A DNA stretch of 32,000 nucleotides from Geobacter metallireducens GS-15 (GTDB taxonomy: Bacteria; Desulfobacterota; Desulfuromonadia; Geobacterales; Geobacteraceae): assembly GCF_000012925.1 (NCBI RefSeq), contig NC_007517.1, positions 3,060,001 to 3,092,000 on the forward strand, given 5' to 3'. Of this stretch, positions 17,250-27,681 are shown one piece after another. The notes beneath the pieces were generated by a model, which saw only the letters and a program-made list of their open reading frames with translations, was not told the origin of the DNA and searched no databases. Numbering within the stretch: the stretch's first letter is position 1; every line of letters begins with the position of its first letter. Both the position numbers and the translations under genes were made by a program.

Positions 17250-19286
17250 TCAGGAAAGTTTCTCCCGCATCCGGGCGAAGAAATCCTGGGCCATGGCCTC
17301 CTGCTCCTCCTCGGTGGCGGCCTTCTTCACCTCACCTTCATGAACTTGCACGAGCCGCTCCGGAATCTCCTCCAGGAAGCGGCTCGGCTGCCGCTCCAGG
17401 AGCTTGCCGTACTTCTTCCGGTGGAGGCAGCGGGTTATGGTGAGGTGCCGGCGGGCCCGGGTGATCCCCACGTAGCAGAGGCGCCGCTCCTCGTCGATGC
17501 TCATCCCCTCCTCCACGGACTTCTTGTGGGGGAGGATCTCCTCCTCGAACCCCACTAAAAAAACGAAGGGGAACTCCAGCCCCTTGCTGGAGTGGAGCGA
17601 CATGAGCGTCACGGCATCCTTGCCATGCTCCTTCTTGTCCTTGCCGCTGAAGCGATCCTCGTCCATGAGGGAGACCTTCTCCAGGAACCCCGAGAGGGTC
17701 GCCCCCGGAATCCTCTCCTCGTACCCCGCCATGGAGTTGATGATCTGCTCCACGTTCTCCACCTTGCGCCGGGCCGTGGCCGGCTCCTCGATGGTACGGT
17801 AGAGCTCCTCCTCAAGGCCGATCCGGTCGTAGAACCCCTTCACCCGCGCCGCCAGATCTCCCGGACGGCGGAACTCCCCGGCCGCGCCCGTGATGAGCCG
17901 GTGGAAGGTCAGGACCTTCTCCCGGGTCGCGCCAGGGATGCCTTCGATCTCCTCCACCCTCCCCATAGCCTCCAAGAGCGGGCATTCGTGCTCCAGGGAC
18001 CACTGGTTGATCTTCACCACGGTCCCGTCGCCGATCCCCCGGCGGGGGAAATTCACCACCCGCAACAGGGCCTGCTCGTCCAGGGGGTTGTCGATCACCT
18101 TCAGGTACGAGAGGGCGTCCTTAACCTCCTTGCGCTCGTAGAACTGCATCCCCCCCACGAGCACGTAGGGGATGTCCTCGAAGCGGAGCTGCTCCTCGAA
18201 GGCCCGGCTCTGGGAGTTGGTCCGGTAGAGGATGGCGAAGTCGCCGAAGGAGAGGTTATGCTGGTAGCGCTCCATCTGGAGCCGCTCCACCACCAGGGTC
18301 GCCTCCTCCTCGTCGTCCTGGGCGATGACCATGTCGATGGGGCGTCCCTCCCCCACATCGGTCCAGAGACGCTTCTCCTTCCGTTTCGCGTTGTTCTTGA
18401 TGACCTGGTTCGCCGCCTCCAAGATCGTGCCGGTGGAGCGGTAGTTCTGCTCCAGCTTCACCACCCGGCACCCCGGGTAGTCCCGCTCGAAGTCGAGGAT
18501 GTTCCCCACGTCGGCCCCGCGCCAGCCGTAGATGGACTGATCATCGTCCCCCACCACGCAGAGGTTGCGGTACTTCCGCGCCAGGAGCGAAATGAAGAGA
18601 TACTGGGAGGCGTTGGTGTCCTGGTACTCGTCCACCATGATATAGCGGAAGCGCTCCTGCCAGTGGTCCAGCACCTCAGGGTAGTCCTGGAGGAGCCGCA
18701 CCGTCAGCATGATGATGTCGTCGAAGTCGATGGCGTTGCAGGCGTGGAGGAGCGCCTGGTAGCGAGGGTAGACGTCGCAGGCCAGGAGCTCGTCGGGATC
18801 GTCGTAGCGGGGGACGGCCCGGTCCGGCGGGATGAGTCCGTTTTTCCAGCCGGAGATCCGCCAGAGGAGCGTCTCGGCGTCGAACTTCTTCCCGTCGGCG
18901 TTCACCTCCCGCATGGCCTGGCGGATGAGGCCGATCTGGTCCGAGGTGGTGTAGATGCTGAAATTCTTCTTGTAACCGAGCCGTTCGATGTCCCGGCGCA
19001 GGATTCGGACCCCCAGTGAGTGGAAGGTGGAGATGACCATCCCCTTGGCCTTGCCACGCCCAACCAGCTCGCGGACCCGCTCCTTCATCTCGCCTGCCGC
19101 CTTGTTGGTGAAGGTGACCGCCAGGATGTCCTCGGCCTTCACCTTCTTGTCGAGAAGGAGGTGGCCGATCCGGTACGTGATGACCCGGGTCTTGCCGGAG
19201 CCGGCGCCGGCCAGGACCAGGAGCGGCCCCTCGGTGTGCTCCGCAGCGGCCCGCTGGGGTGGATTGAGGGTGGAGAGGTCAAGCAT
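17250..19286 (-). CDS. UvrD/Rep/PcrA-family SF1 ATP-dependent DNA helicase
   Basis: GAGSGKT Walker A, DEYQDT motif II, a YRS.. motif and VGITRA near the C-terminus. It is 678 aa long. Confidence 0.93.
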   Translation of the reverse strand: MLDLSTLNPPQRAAAEHTEGPLLVLAGAGSGKTRVITYRIGHLLLDKKVKAEDILAVTFTNKAAGEMKERVRELVGRGKAKGMVISTFHSLGVRILRRDIERLGYKKNFSIYTTSDQIGLIRQAMREVNADGKKFDAETLLWRISGWKNGLIPPDRAVPRYDDPDELLACDVYPRYQALLHACNAIDFDDIIMLTVRLLQDYPEVLDHWQERFRYIMVDEYQDTNASQYLFISLLARKYRNLCVVGDDDQSIYGWRGADVGNILDFERDYPGCRVVKLEQNYRSTGTILEAANQVIKNNAKRKEKRLWTDVGEGRPIDMVIAQDDEEEATLVVERLQMERYQHNLSFGDFAILYRTNSQSRAFEEQLRFEDIPYVLVGGMQFYERKEVKDALSYLKVIDNPLDEQALLRVVNFPRRGIGDGTVVKINQWSLEHECPLLEAMGRVEEIEGIPGATREKVLTFHRLITGAAGEFRRPGDLAARVKGFYDRIGLEEELYRTIEEPATARRKVENVEQIINSMAGYEERIPGATLSGFLEKVSLMDEDRFSGKDKKEHGKDAVTLMSLHSSKGLEFPFVFLVGFEEEILPHKKSVEEGMSIDEERRLCYVGITRARRHLTITRCLHRKKYGKLLERQPSRFLEEIPERLVQVHEGEVKKAATEEEQEAMAQDFFARMREKLS

Positions 19287-19296
19287 AAAAATAATC

Positions 19297-19417
19297 CTCG
19301 AAACGGTTGAATCGGTGCTCCAGACGCACGACAGCCGGGCTGGTCGGCCCGGCTGTCATCATTGATAGCAGAGGTGTCGGGAGAAATGCAAGGGAGCGAT
19401 TACCGTGCCAAGGGAAA
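19297..19417. repeat. Direct repeat copy A (~121 bp) flanking the PEP-CTERM cassette
   Basis: It aligns with 20773-20893 at roughly 85-90% identity by eye. The blocks atcggtgctc, acagccgggctggtcggcccggctgtca, cattgatagcagaggt and gcgattaccgtgccaaggg are identical. Confidence 0.8.
19395..19411 (-). promoter_or_regulatory. Sigma-54-type -24/-12 element inside repeat A
   Basis: The minus strand reads TTGGCACGgtaaTCGCT. The consensus is TGGCACG-N4-TTGCW; the GG-N10-GC spacing is exact and there is one mismatch in the -12 box. It lies ~110 nt upstream of the helicase ATG. Confidence 0.4.
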
Positions 19418-19443
19418 CCGGTTGGAACCATGTCTCCAATGAA

Positions 19444-20283
19444 TTACTTCCGGCGCCTCAGCCACACCACTCCCCCAAGGCCGGCGCCCAGGAGAAGGAA
19501 CGTGGATGGTTCAGGGATCGGGTCTGCCTCCATCGACAGGCCGCGAGAGGTCAGCATGCCGTTGGGAACAACGCTGAAATCGAACATTAAGGCCATCGAA
19601 AACGGATCGACATTGCTAACGCCATAGGGACCGCCGTTGAAACCGAACGAATCATGATCACTGGTTGCTGTATCGCTGAAGCTCGCAACCAGATCTCCCG
19701 AAAGCAGCGAGGCCCAGCCCTGGTCAAAGCTATCAAAATCTGCAAAAAGCACCGGCGCAGGATTCGGATTTCCCAGGGTATCAAATGGAACGAACGGAGC
19801 AGCATACTGCCCGTTGTTGGGATCATTATAATACCCCAGAGCAATAGTCGAGCCTGCCGCATTGGTCCACGTGCCGCTGCCGGTGACGAAAGTGGCATTG
19901 GTCGGCGGCTTGAAATCCGTATCACTGACCACGACGAAAGCGCGACTCGTGGTCCCCCTGGTATTGGTCACGGACGATGACGCGCTGGTGAGGATATTCG
20001 GCTCCAAGTGGGCGGTATGATATGAACCTTGGACAACAAAACCTGGGATGGGCTCAAAATTGTTCCCGAGGAGGATTGCATGAGGATTCGGATCAAGGTC
20101 ACCTGCACCATTGTCCACAATTACCCGACTGTAGAAATTGGTGGGATCGGCGGTGTCATACACGGTCACTCCCACCTGGAGTGTCGACGCCTGTGTCGGA
20201 TTTGACTGAACGAGGACCAGCACTACCATGCCGGCGGCAATTGCCAAGGCTTTACTGGTGAAACTTTTCATCTTCCCATTCAT
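19444..20283 (-). CDS. Secreted PEP-CTERM sorting-domain protein
   Basis: The C-terminus ..DPIPEPSTFLLLGAGLGGVVWLRRRK has the PEP motif, a TM helix and a basic tail. It has an N-terminal signal peptide and a Thr/Ser/Asn/Gly-rich body. I set the start at the ATG at 20283, 5 nt after AAAGGAGAG. GC is visibly lower than in the neighbouring genes. Confidence 0.85.
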   Translation of the reverse strand: MNGKMKSFTSKALAIAAGMVVLVLVQSNPTQASTLQVGVTVYDTADPTNFYSRVIVDNGAGDLDPNPHAILLGNNFEPIPGFVVQGSYHTAHLEPNILTSASSSVTNTRGTTSRAFVVVSDTDFKPPTNATFVTGSGTWTNAAGSTIALGYYNDPNNGQYAAPFVPFDTLGNPNPAPVLFADFDSFDQGWASLLSGDLVASFSDTATSDHDSFGFNGGPYGVSNVDPFSMALMFDFSVVPNGMLTSRGLSMEADPIPEPSTFLLLGAGLGGVVWLRRRK

Positions 20284-20772
20284 TGTCACTCTCCTTTCAC
20301 AAACTGATTTGTACTTCCGATGGGTGTTGTAACGGTCCTCCTTTCCTGTGATTTTGACCCATCCTCACGGGAATGGGTAAGCATCTCAGATATCGACCGC
20401 GTTACGGCAGGTTCATAGTGCCAGCACAGGGTGGTAACAAAGTAAAACAACACAACCAACACAACGGCAACCAAACGGAATTATTGCACTTTTTTCAAAA
20501 TTAAAGTTGCATAATCCAAGCCATGACGTAACATGGCGATTCTTCGCACGTTGAACATTAAAATTGAGCCAACATTAAAATATCATTACACTTTTTGTAA
20601 AATGTCCAGGGCACATCTGTAAGAACCCTCGACACACAGGCATAACTTAATGAAATCACAAGAAATAACGAGCCACGTTAGCTAATTTCAACTAATTGGG
20701 AGATGGGCGCTACATTGGCACATTGGCTTTGTCGTGGGGGGAAGGTCCGGTGAAGGGCTCAGGCATTGGAAT

Positions 20773-20893
20773 CTCGAAACGGCAAATCGGTGCTCAAAAC
20801 GCACAACAGCCGGGCTGGTCGGCCCGGCTGTCACCATTGATAGCAGAGGTATCAGGCGAAATACGAGAAGGCGATTACCGTGCCAAGGGGAAA
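20773..20893. repeat. Direct repeat copy B (~121 bp)
   Basis: See copy A. It begins 13 nt beyond the ypfJ stop codon (20906). Confidence 0.8.
20870..20886 (-). promoter_or_regulatory. Sigma-54-type -24/-12 element inside repeat B
   Basis: The minus strand reads TTGGCACGgtaaTCGCC. The core 16 nt are identical to copy A and the GG-N10-GC spacing is exact. Confidence 0.4.
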
Positions 20894-20905
20894 GGCACCA
20901 TCAAT

Positions 20906-21760
20906 CTACAACGATTGGGCCCCGAAGGTATTGCACGCCCCGAAGTTGCCGGTGTCGAGGCCGGTTTTGAACCAGCGGACCCGCTGCTCGGAGCTGCCGT
21001 GGGTGAAGCTTTCGGGGACGACGTACCCCTGGGCCTGCTGCTGGAGGCGGTCGTCGCCGATGCTGGTGGCCGCCTGGAGCGCCTCCTCCACGTCGCCGCT
21101 TTCGAGAACCTGCCGGCTCCGGTCGGCGTGGTGGGCCCAGATGCCGGCCAGGCAGTCGGCCTGGAGCTCCAGTCGCACCGAGAGCTGGTTCGCCTGGGTC
21201 TTACCGCTCCGCTGCTGGAGGTCGTGGGCCTTCTCCGAAATGCCGAGGAGCGACTGGACGTGGTGCCCCACTTCGTGGGCGATGACGTACGCCTGGGCAA
21301 AGTCCCCCGGCGCCTTGAAGCGCTCCTTCAGGTCCCGGTAGAAGCTGAGGTCGATGTAGACCTTCTGGTCCAGGGGGCAGTAAAAGGGGCCCATGGCGGC
21401 CTGGGCATAGCCGCAGGCCGACTCCACGGCGCCGGTGAAGAGGACCAGCTTCGGCTCCTGGTAGGTCTTGCCGTTCTTCCGGAAGAGCTCGTGCCAGGTA
21501 TCCTCGGTGTCGGCCAGAACCACCGACACAAACTGGGCAAGTTCGTCACTGGCGGGAGGCTTGCCGGCCTGTCTCGTCTCTGTCGGCGCTGTGAGGGGAG
21601 AGCCCCCCTGCTGCAGGACCACCGACGGGTCGATGCCGAAGTACATGGCGACCAGCGCGAGAATGATCGTGCCGATGCCGCCCCCCACCGCCTTCCGGCC
21701 AACGGTCATCCCCCGGCGGTCTTCCACGTTGTCGCTTCTCCGTCCGTCACTCCATCGCAT
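20906..21760 (-). CDS. ypfJ: YpfJ-family putative neutral zinc metallopeptidase
   Basis: N-terminal MRWSDGRRSDNVEDRRG followed by a TM helix, and a HEVGHH zinc motif. The layout is typical of the Zn_peptidase (YpfJ) family. Confidence 0.85.
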   Translation of the reverse strand: MRWSDGRRSDNVEDRRGMTVGRKAVGGGIGTIILALVAMYFGIDPSVVLQQGGSPLTAPTETRQAGKPPASDELAQFVSVVLADTEDTWHELFRKNGKTYQEPKLVLFTGAVESACGYAQAAMGPFYCPLDQKVYIDLSFYRDLKERFKAPGDFAQAYVIAHEVGHHVQSLLGISEKAHDLQQRSGKTQANQLSVRLELQADCLAGIWAHHADRSRQVLESGDVEEALQAATSIGDDRLQQQAQGYVVPESFTHGSSEQRVRWFKTGLDTGNFGACNTFGAQSL

Positions 21761-21844
21761 GGCAAGGCACTCCTGTCATGGTCTGCCGATTGAATGCACA
21801 CGGGGCGCGGATAACCCCCATGAACCATCCGCGCCCCGTGTCAG

Positions 21845-23041
21845 CTATTTCTTTGTCACCCGGACGTCGATCCTTCTGTTCTGCTGCCGTCCTTCCTCCG
21901 TGGCGTTGTCGGCAACCGGATGCTCCTCCCCGTACCCTTCGGATTCAAGGCGGGAGGGATCGATGCCCAGCTTCACCAGTTCCTGCATGGTGTTGCTTGC
22001 CCGGTCCCGGGAGAGCTTGAGGTTTGCTTGGGGATCACCCACGTTGTCGGTGTAGCCGCCGATCTTGATGGCCACCTGGGGGAACGCCTTGAGGATCGCG
22101 GCGATATTGCCGAGTTGCTCCTGGGATGAAGGCTTCAGCACGGCGCTGCCGGTCTCGAACTGGAGCCGGTCGAAGGTGAACCAGGTGGTCTTGTCCACGG
22201 GTCTCGCCCCATCCTGGATGAAGGCGAGGAGCTTCCGCTCGATGCCGAATTCGGGAATGTTCAGGGTGACGCCGTCGGGGAGCGTCACATCACCGAAGGC
22301 TCCCAGCTTCGGATCAACCTTGACGGCCGGTGCCTGCACTTGGGGCGGCGCCGGCTGGATTGCCGGAGTCTTCATGGAGCAGCGCTGGGGCAATGTGTAC
22401 AGGAGGAAGGCAACCACGATGCCGGCCAGAATCCAGACGATCTTCGAGAGGGGGCCGGAGAAGAGGGCGCTGGGGCACGCGCCGCCCCCGAGGCCCGACA
22501 GGCTGGAGAGGCCGAGCAGGCCGGCCAGTCCCGCCGGGGCGGCCTGTTGCAGAAATGGCCCCTGGCCTTCCAGGAGCCCCGAAAGCCCCACCGCCCCCAG
22601 ATCCTTCTCCTGTGCCTCCTTGCCGATCTTCCCCATGACGAAGGGGGCCAGGAGAGCCAGCAGCGACTGGGCGCTCCCCTTTCCGAGGCCGCTCACGGAC
22701 GACAGCCACTCCGCAACCCCGCCGGCCCTGTTGCCGAGGAGCGAGCCGACGAGGGAGTTTCCCTGCTCCAGGAGCCCCTTGGTCGCCTCACCCCCTGCCA
22801 GTGACGCGGCCATCCCCGAGAGGGTATTCTCCCCGAACCCGCCGGAGCGGACCTGACCGAGAATCTGCGACGCACCGTCCGTCGACACACCCTTTGCCGC
22901 AACCCCACCCACCAATGCCGAGAGGGCAGCCGGCACCCCCTTCTGGACGGCCGGCGTTCCCTCCCCCAGAAAATGGCCGATCTGCCCCACTAGGTCACTG
23001 GTAAACATCCCGCTAAGCTGCTCCAACAGGTTCGTCGCCAT
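21845..23041 (-). CDS. DUF937-like N-terminal domain / TM helix / C-terminal OmpA-MotB peptidoglycan-binding domain protein
   Basis: The C-terminus GYTDNVGDPQANLKLSRDRA..NRRIDVRV is a canonical OmpA_C-like domain. The Gly/Ala/Leu-rich N-terminal half starts MATNLLEQL. I set the start at the ATG at 23041, behind an AAGGAGGG RBS. Confidence 0.85.
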   Translation of the reverse strand: MATNLLEQLSGMFTSDLVGQIGHFLGEGTPAVQKGVPAALSALVGGVAAKGVSTDGASQILGQVRSGGFGENTLSGMAASLAGGEATKGLLEQGNSLVGSLLGNRAGGVAEWLSSVSGLGKGSAQSLLALLAPFVMGKIGKEAQEKDLGAVGLSGLLEGQGPFLQQAAPAGLAGLLGLSSLSGLGGGACPSALFSGPLSKIVWILAGIVVAFLLYTLPQRCSMKTPAIQPAPPQVQAPAVKVDPKLGAFGDVTLPDGVTLNIPEFGIERKLLAFIQDGARPVDKTTWFTFDRLQFETGSAVLKPSSQEQLGNIAAILKAFPQVAIKIGGYTDNVGDPQANLKLSRDRASNTMQELVKLGIDPSRLESEGYGEEHPVADNATEEGRQQNRRIDVRVTKK

Positions 23042-23233
23042 GGCTCCCTCCTTGTGACGTGGCAATCACCACTATTCGCGCCGTGTCCGGCAGTGACAAT
23101 TAAAACATACTTATTGCGACATTCAATCCTTTCGAGGTTTTAGCGAAAAGTCGCGTCCTTGTACCCTGCTCTACCGAAAACCAGAGGCGCCTGTAACCAA
23201 TCCCTGCACAGCCCTGTTAACCATCCCGACAAA

Positions 23234-25585
<2,352 letters not shown>

Positions 25586-25722
25586 AGATACGCAGCAATG
25601 ATTTCATTTTGCTAGACCCGACCCCGCCCCCTGAGCCCTCCACTGTGGCGCATCTGGGTCTGGGCATCGCCGGGTGGCGTCGGAACAAGAACTGAACCGA
25701 CACGCCCATTCGTTACGCGCAG

Positions 25723-25754
25723 AAAGAGGCTTCCTGTTCGGGAAGCCTCTTTTT
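25723..25754. terminator. Bidirectional rho-independent terminator (acyP / radical SAM gene)
   Basis: AAAGAGGCTTCC-tgttcg-GGAAGCCTCTTT followed by more Ts. The A-run on the other side allows use on both strands. Confidence 0.75.
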
Positions 25755-25780
25755 CGTTCAACAGCGTTGGAAAGTCGAAG

Positions 25781-27106
25781 TCAGCGGATCGGCCAGCTCT
25801 TCTCCAGTCCCTCGGGGTAGAAGTTCTCCCGGGTCCGGTTGTAGTAGCCGTACTGGATCCGGGGAAACTCCCGCTTCACCCGCTCCAGCATCCGGTACAT
25901 GCCGATCCCCCGTCCCGTGACCCCCATCCGTTTATTGTAGAAGTCGGGATCGATGGAGAGGTTCCGCATCTGGATCATGTCCAGGCCGGTGTCGCCGATG
26001 AACCGCAGGAGCGCCTCCACCTCGTCGGCATTGTCGGAGAGCCCTGGCGAGACCAGGTAGTTGATCATCACGAAAAGCCCCCGTTCCTTGGCCAGCCGCA
26101 CCGATTCCTTCACGTCGGCGAAGCGGTACCCCACCGGCCGGTAGTATTTGTCGTAAAACTCCTCCCGCACCGAATTCATGGAAAAGCGCATAGAGTCCAT
26201 CCCCGCGTCGCAGAGCATGGCGATCCGGTCGAGGAAGGAGCCGTTGGAGTTGAAGTTCACGATTCCCCGGCTGGTGGCCTTCTTCAGCCGCCGGGTCGCC
26301 TCGGCCACGGTGTCGGCCTGCATGATGGGATCCCCCTCGCACCCCTGGCCGTAGGAGACGATGGGCTCCGGCGCCTGCTCCAGGTGCGGCAGGGCCAGCT
26401 CCACGATCTCCTCGGGCGTGGGGACGAAGCCGATCCGCTCGTGATTGGACGGGCAGCAGTCCGAGGGCTGGAGGCTGATGCACCCCAGGCACCGGGAGTT
26501 GCAGGCCGGCGACGTGGGTAGCGGCGCCTCCCAGCGGCGGAAGAAAAGGTTCTTGGCGGCGAAGCAGTGGTAATCCACGGCGCAGCGGGCAAGCTGCTCC
26601 AGGAGGCGGTTGTTGGGCATCTCCGCCAGCCGCTGTCGCACCAGGGGATCCAGCTTCCGGTCGTCGTAGTTGTTCGGGTTCCAGTTGTCGTTGGTATCCA
26701 CCCTTGAGGCGGCCACCACGAAGCAGTCCCGCTCCTCGTCCCACCCCACGGCGGTGTAGGACCAGAGCGGCAGGTGCACCTTCTTCCTGCCGTAATCGCA
26801 AGCGGGAAGCAGCGTCCGCACGTACCCCGGCGCCATGAAGGCCGACACCGCCTGCACCGGCAGGTTTCGCCGCCCCTCCCGGACCGTGGGCACGGTCACG
26901 AATTTCCGCTGCTTCTCGTCCCAGGCAACTGGCGGGGTATCGGGGATGGTGAAGAGCCGGCTCCCCTCGGGGAGCGGAATCAGCTCAACCCCCTCGGGGA
27001 GCACCGCCTCGGGGCCGCTCATGCCGGCCATGCAGAGGTCGGGGTGGTCGAAGATGTTCCCCTTGGCGTCGGCATAGAGGAGTTTTGGAAGGGTTTTTCG
27101 TTTCAT
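25781..27106 (-). CDS. Radical SAM protein with ~190-aa uncharacterised N-terminal domain
   Basis: CNSRCLGC (CX3CX2C) cluster motif around residue 200 and a GQGCEGDP glycine-rich SAM motif. There is no SPASM or B12 domain. It starts 50 nt downstream of the chrA pair on the same strand. Confidence 0.85.
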   Translation of the reverse strand: MKRKTLPKLLYADAKGNIFDHPDLCMAGMSGPEAVLPEGVELIPLPEGSRLFTIPDTPPVAWDEKQRKFVTVPTVREGRRNLPVQAVSAFMAPGYVRTLLPACDYGRKKVHLPLWSYTAVGWDEERDCFVVAASRVDTNDNWNPNNYDDRKLDPLVRQRLAEMPNNRLLEQLARCAVDYHCFAAKNLFFRRWEAPLPTSPACNSRCLGCISLQPSDCCPSNHERIGFVPTPEEIVELALPHLEQAPEPIVSYGQGCEGDPIMQADTVAEATRRLKKATSRGIVNFNSNGSFLDRIAMLCDAGMDSMRFSMNSVREEFYDKYYRPVGYRFADVKESVRLAKERGLFVMINYLVSPGLSDNADEVEALLRFIGDTGLDMIQMRNLSIDPDFYNKRMGVTGRGIGMYRMLERVKREFPRIQYGYYNRTRENFYPEGLEKSWPIR

Positions 27107-27156
27107 GGCGTTACCTTACCACGGACCGGTGAGCGTTGCCAACCGGCCATGATCTT

Positions 27157-27681
27157 TCAGGAAAAATGAAGAAAATACCCCAGCGCTCCGGCGCCGAGGA
27201 TGACGAAGAGGGGACTCACCTTCGTGAACTGGAGAATGGCGAAGCCGGCGACGAAGAGGAGAATGTCCCGCGCCGAGCCGAGGGAGGTGCTCCCCAGCTT
27301 CCAGCCGGCGGACGCCACGAGCCCCACCACGGCCGGCACGACCCCGTCCAGCACCTCGCGGATCAGGCGAATGTTCCGCAGCCGCTCGTAGCGCCGGGTA
27401 AGGAAGACCATGAGGGCGGTACAGGGGAGGAAGATCGCGACGGTCCCCACCAGGGCGCCGGCAAAGCCTCCGGCCCGGTATCCCACGAAGGTGGCGAGGA
27501 TCGCCAGGGGGCCGGGGGTGAGTTGGGAGAGGGCCAGTCCGTCCAGGAACTCCTTCATGGTGAGCCAGTGGTACTGGTCCACCATGATCCGGTGGAGAAG
27601 CGGAATGAGGACGTACCCTCCCCCCACGAAGACCAGGCCGATCTTCAGGAACGTCCAGGCAATGGTGGCAAGGGACCCCAT
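27157..27681 (-). CDS. chrA: Chromate ion transporter (CHR) family, short-chain half, second subunit
   Basis: FLKIGLVFVGGGYVLIPLL..EFLDGLALSQLTPGP is the CHR signature. I set the start at the ATG at 27681, which overlaps the upstream TGA by 1 nt (TGATG). Confidence 0.85.
   Translation of the reverse strand: MGSLATIAWTFLKIGLVFVGGGYVLIPLLHRIMVDQYHWLTMKEFLDGLALSQLTPGPLAILATFVGYRAGGFAGALVGTVAIFLPCTALMVFLTRRYERLRNIRLIREVLDGVVPAVVGLVASAGWKLGSTSLGSARDILLFVAGFAILQFTKVSPLFVILGAGALGYFLHFS

Noticed and set aside
19340-19376. A sigma-70-like TTGCAT-N18-TATCAA on the minus strand inside repeat copy A, as a helicase promoter.
   Set aside because: The -35 box is not conserved in copy B, and the match is weak. 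The hairpin would lie in the leader. I cannot distinguish it from chance in this context.
20407-20423. A TGGCAC..CTGC sigma-54-like motif on the minus strand, ~120 nt upstream of the PEP-CTERM ATG.
   Set aside because: The GG to GC spacing is 12 nt rather than the required 10, and the -12 box is poor. I do not consider it a functional -24/-12 promoter.
20286-20474. A 62-codon minus-strand ORF (MVAVVLVVLFYFVTT..) ending 2 nt before the PEP-CTERM start codon; a possible uORF or small membrane protein.
   Set aside because: It has a TTG start with no SD. The hydrophobic N-terminus is produced by a low-complexity GTTG-rich tract, and the ORF overlaps the PEP-CTERM RBS. It is more likely leader RNA.
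20713-20727. A tandem CATTGGCA containing TTGGCAC on the plus strand; a possible sigma-54 -24 box.
   Set aside because: There is no GC at the -12 position, and no plus-strand gene lies downstream; only the antisense of ypfJ does.
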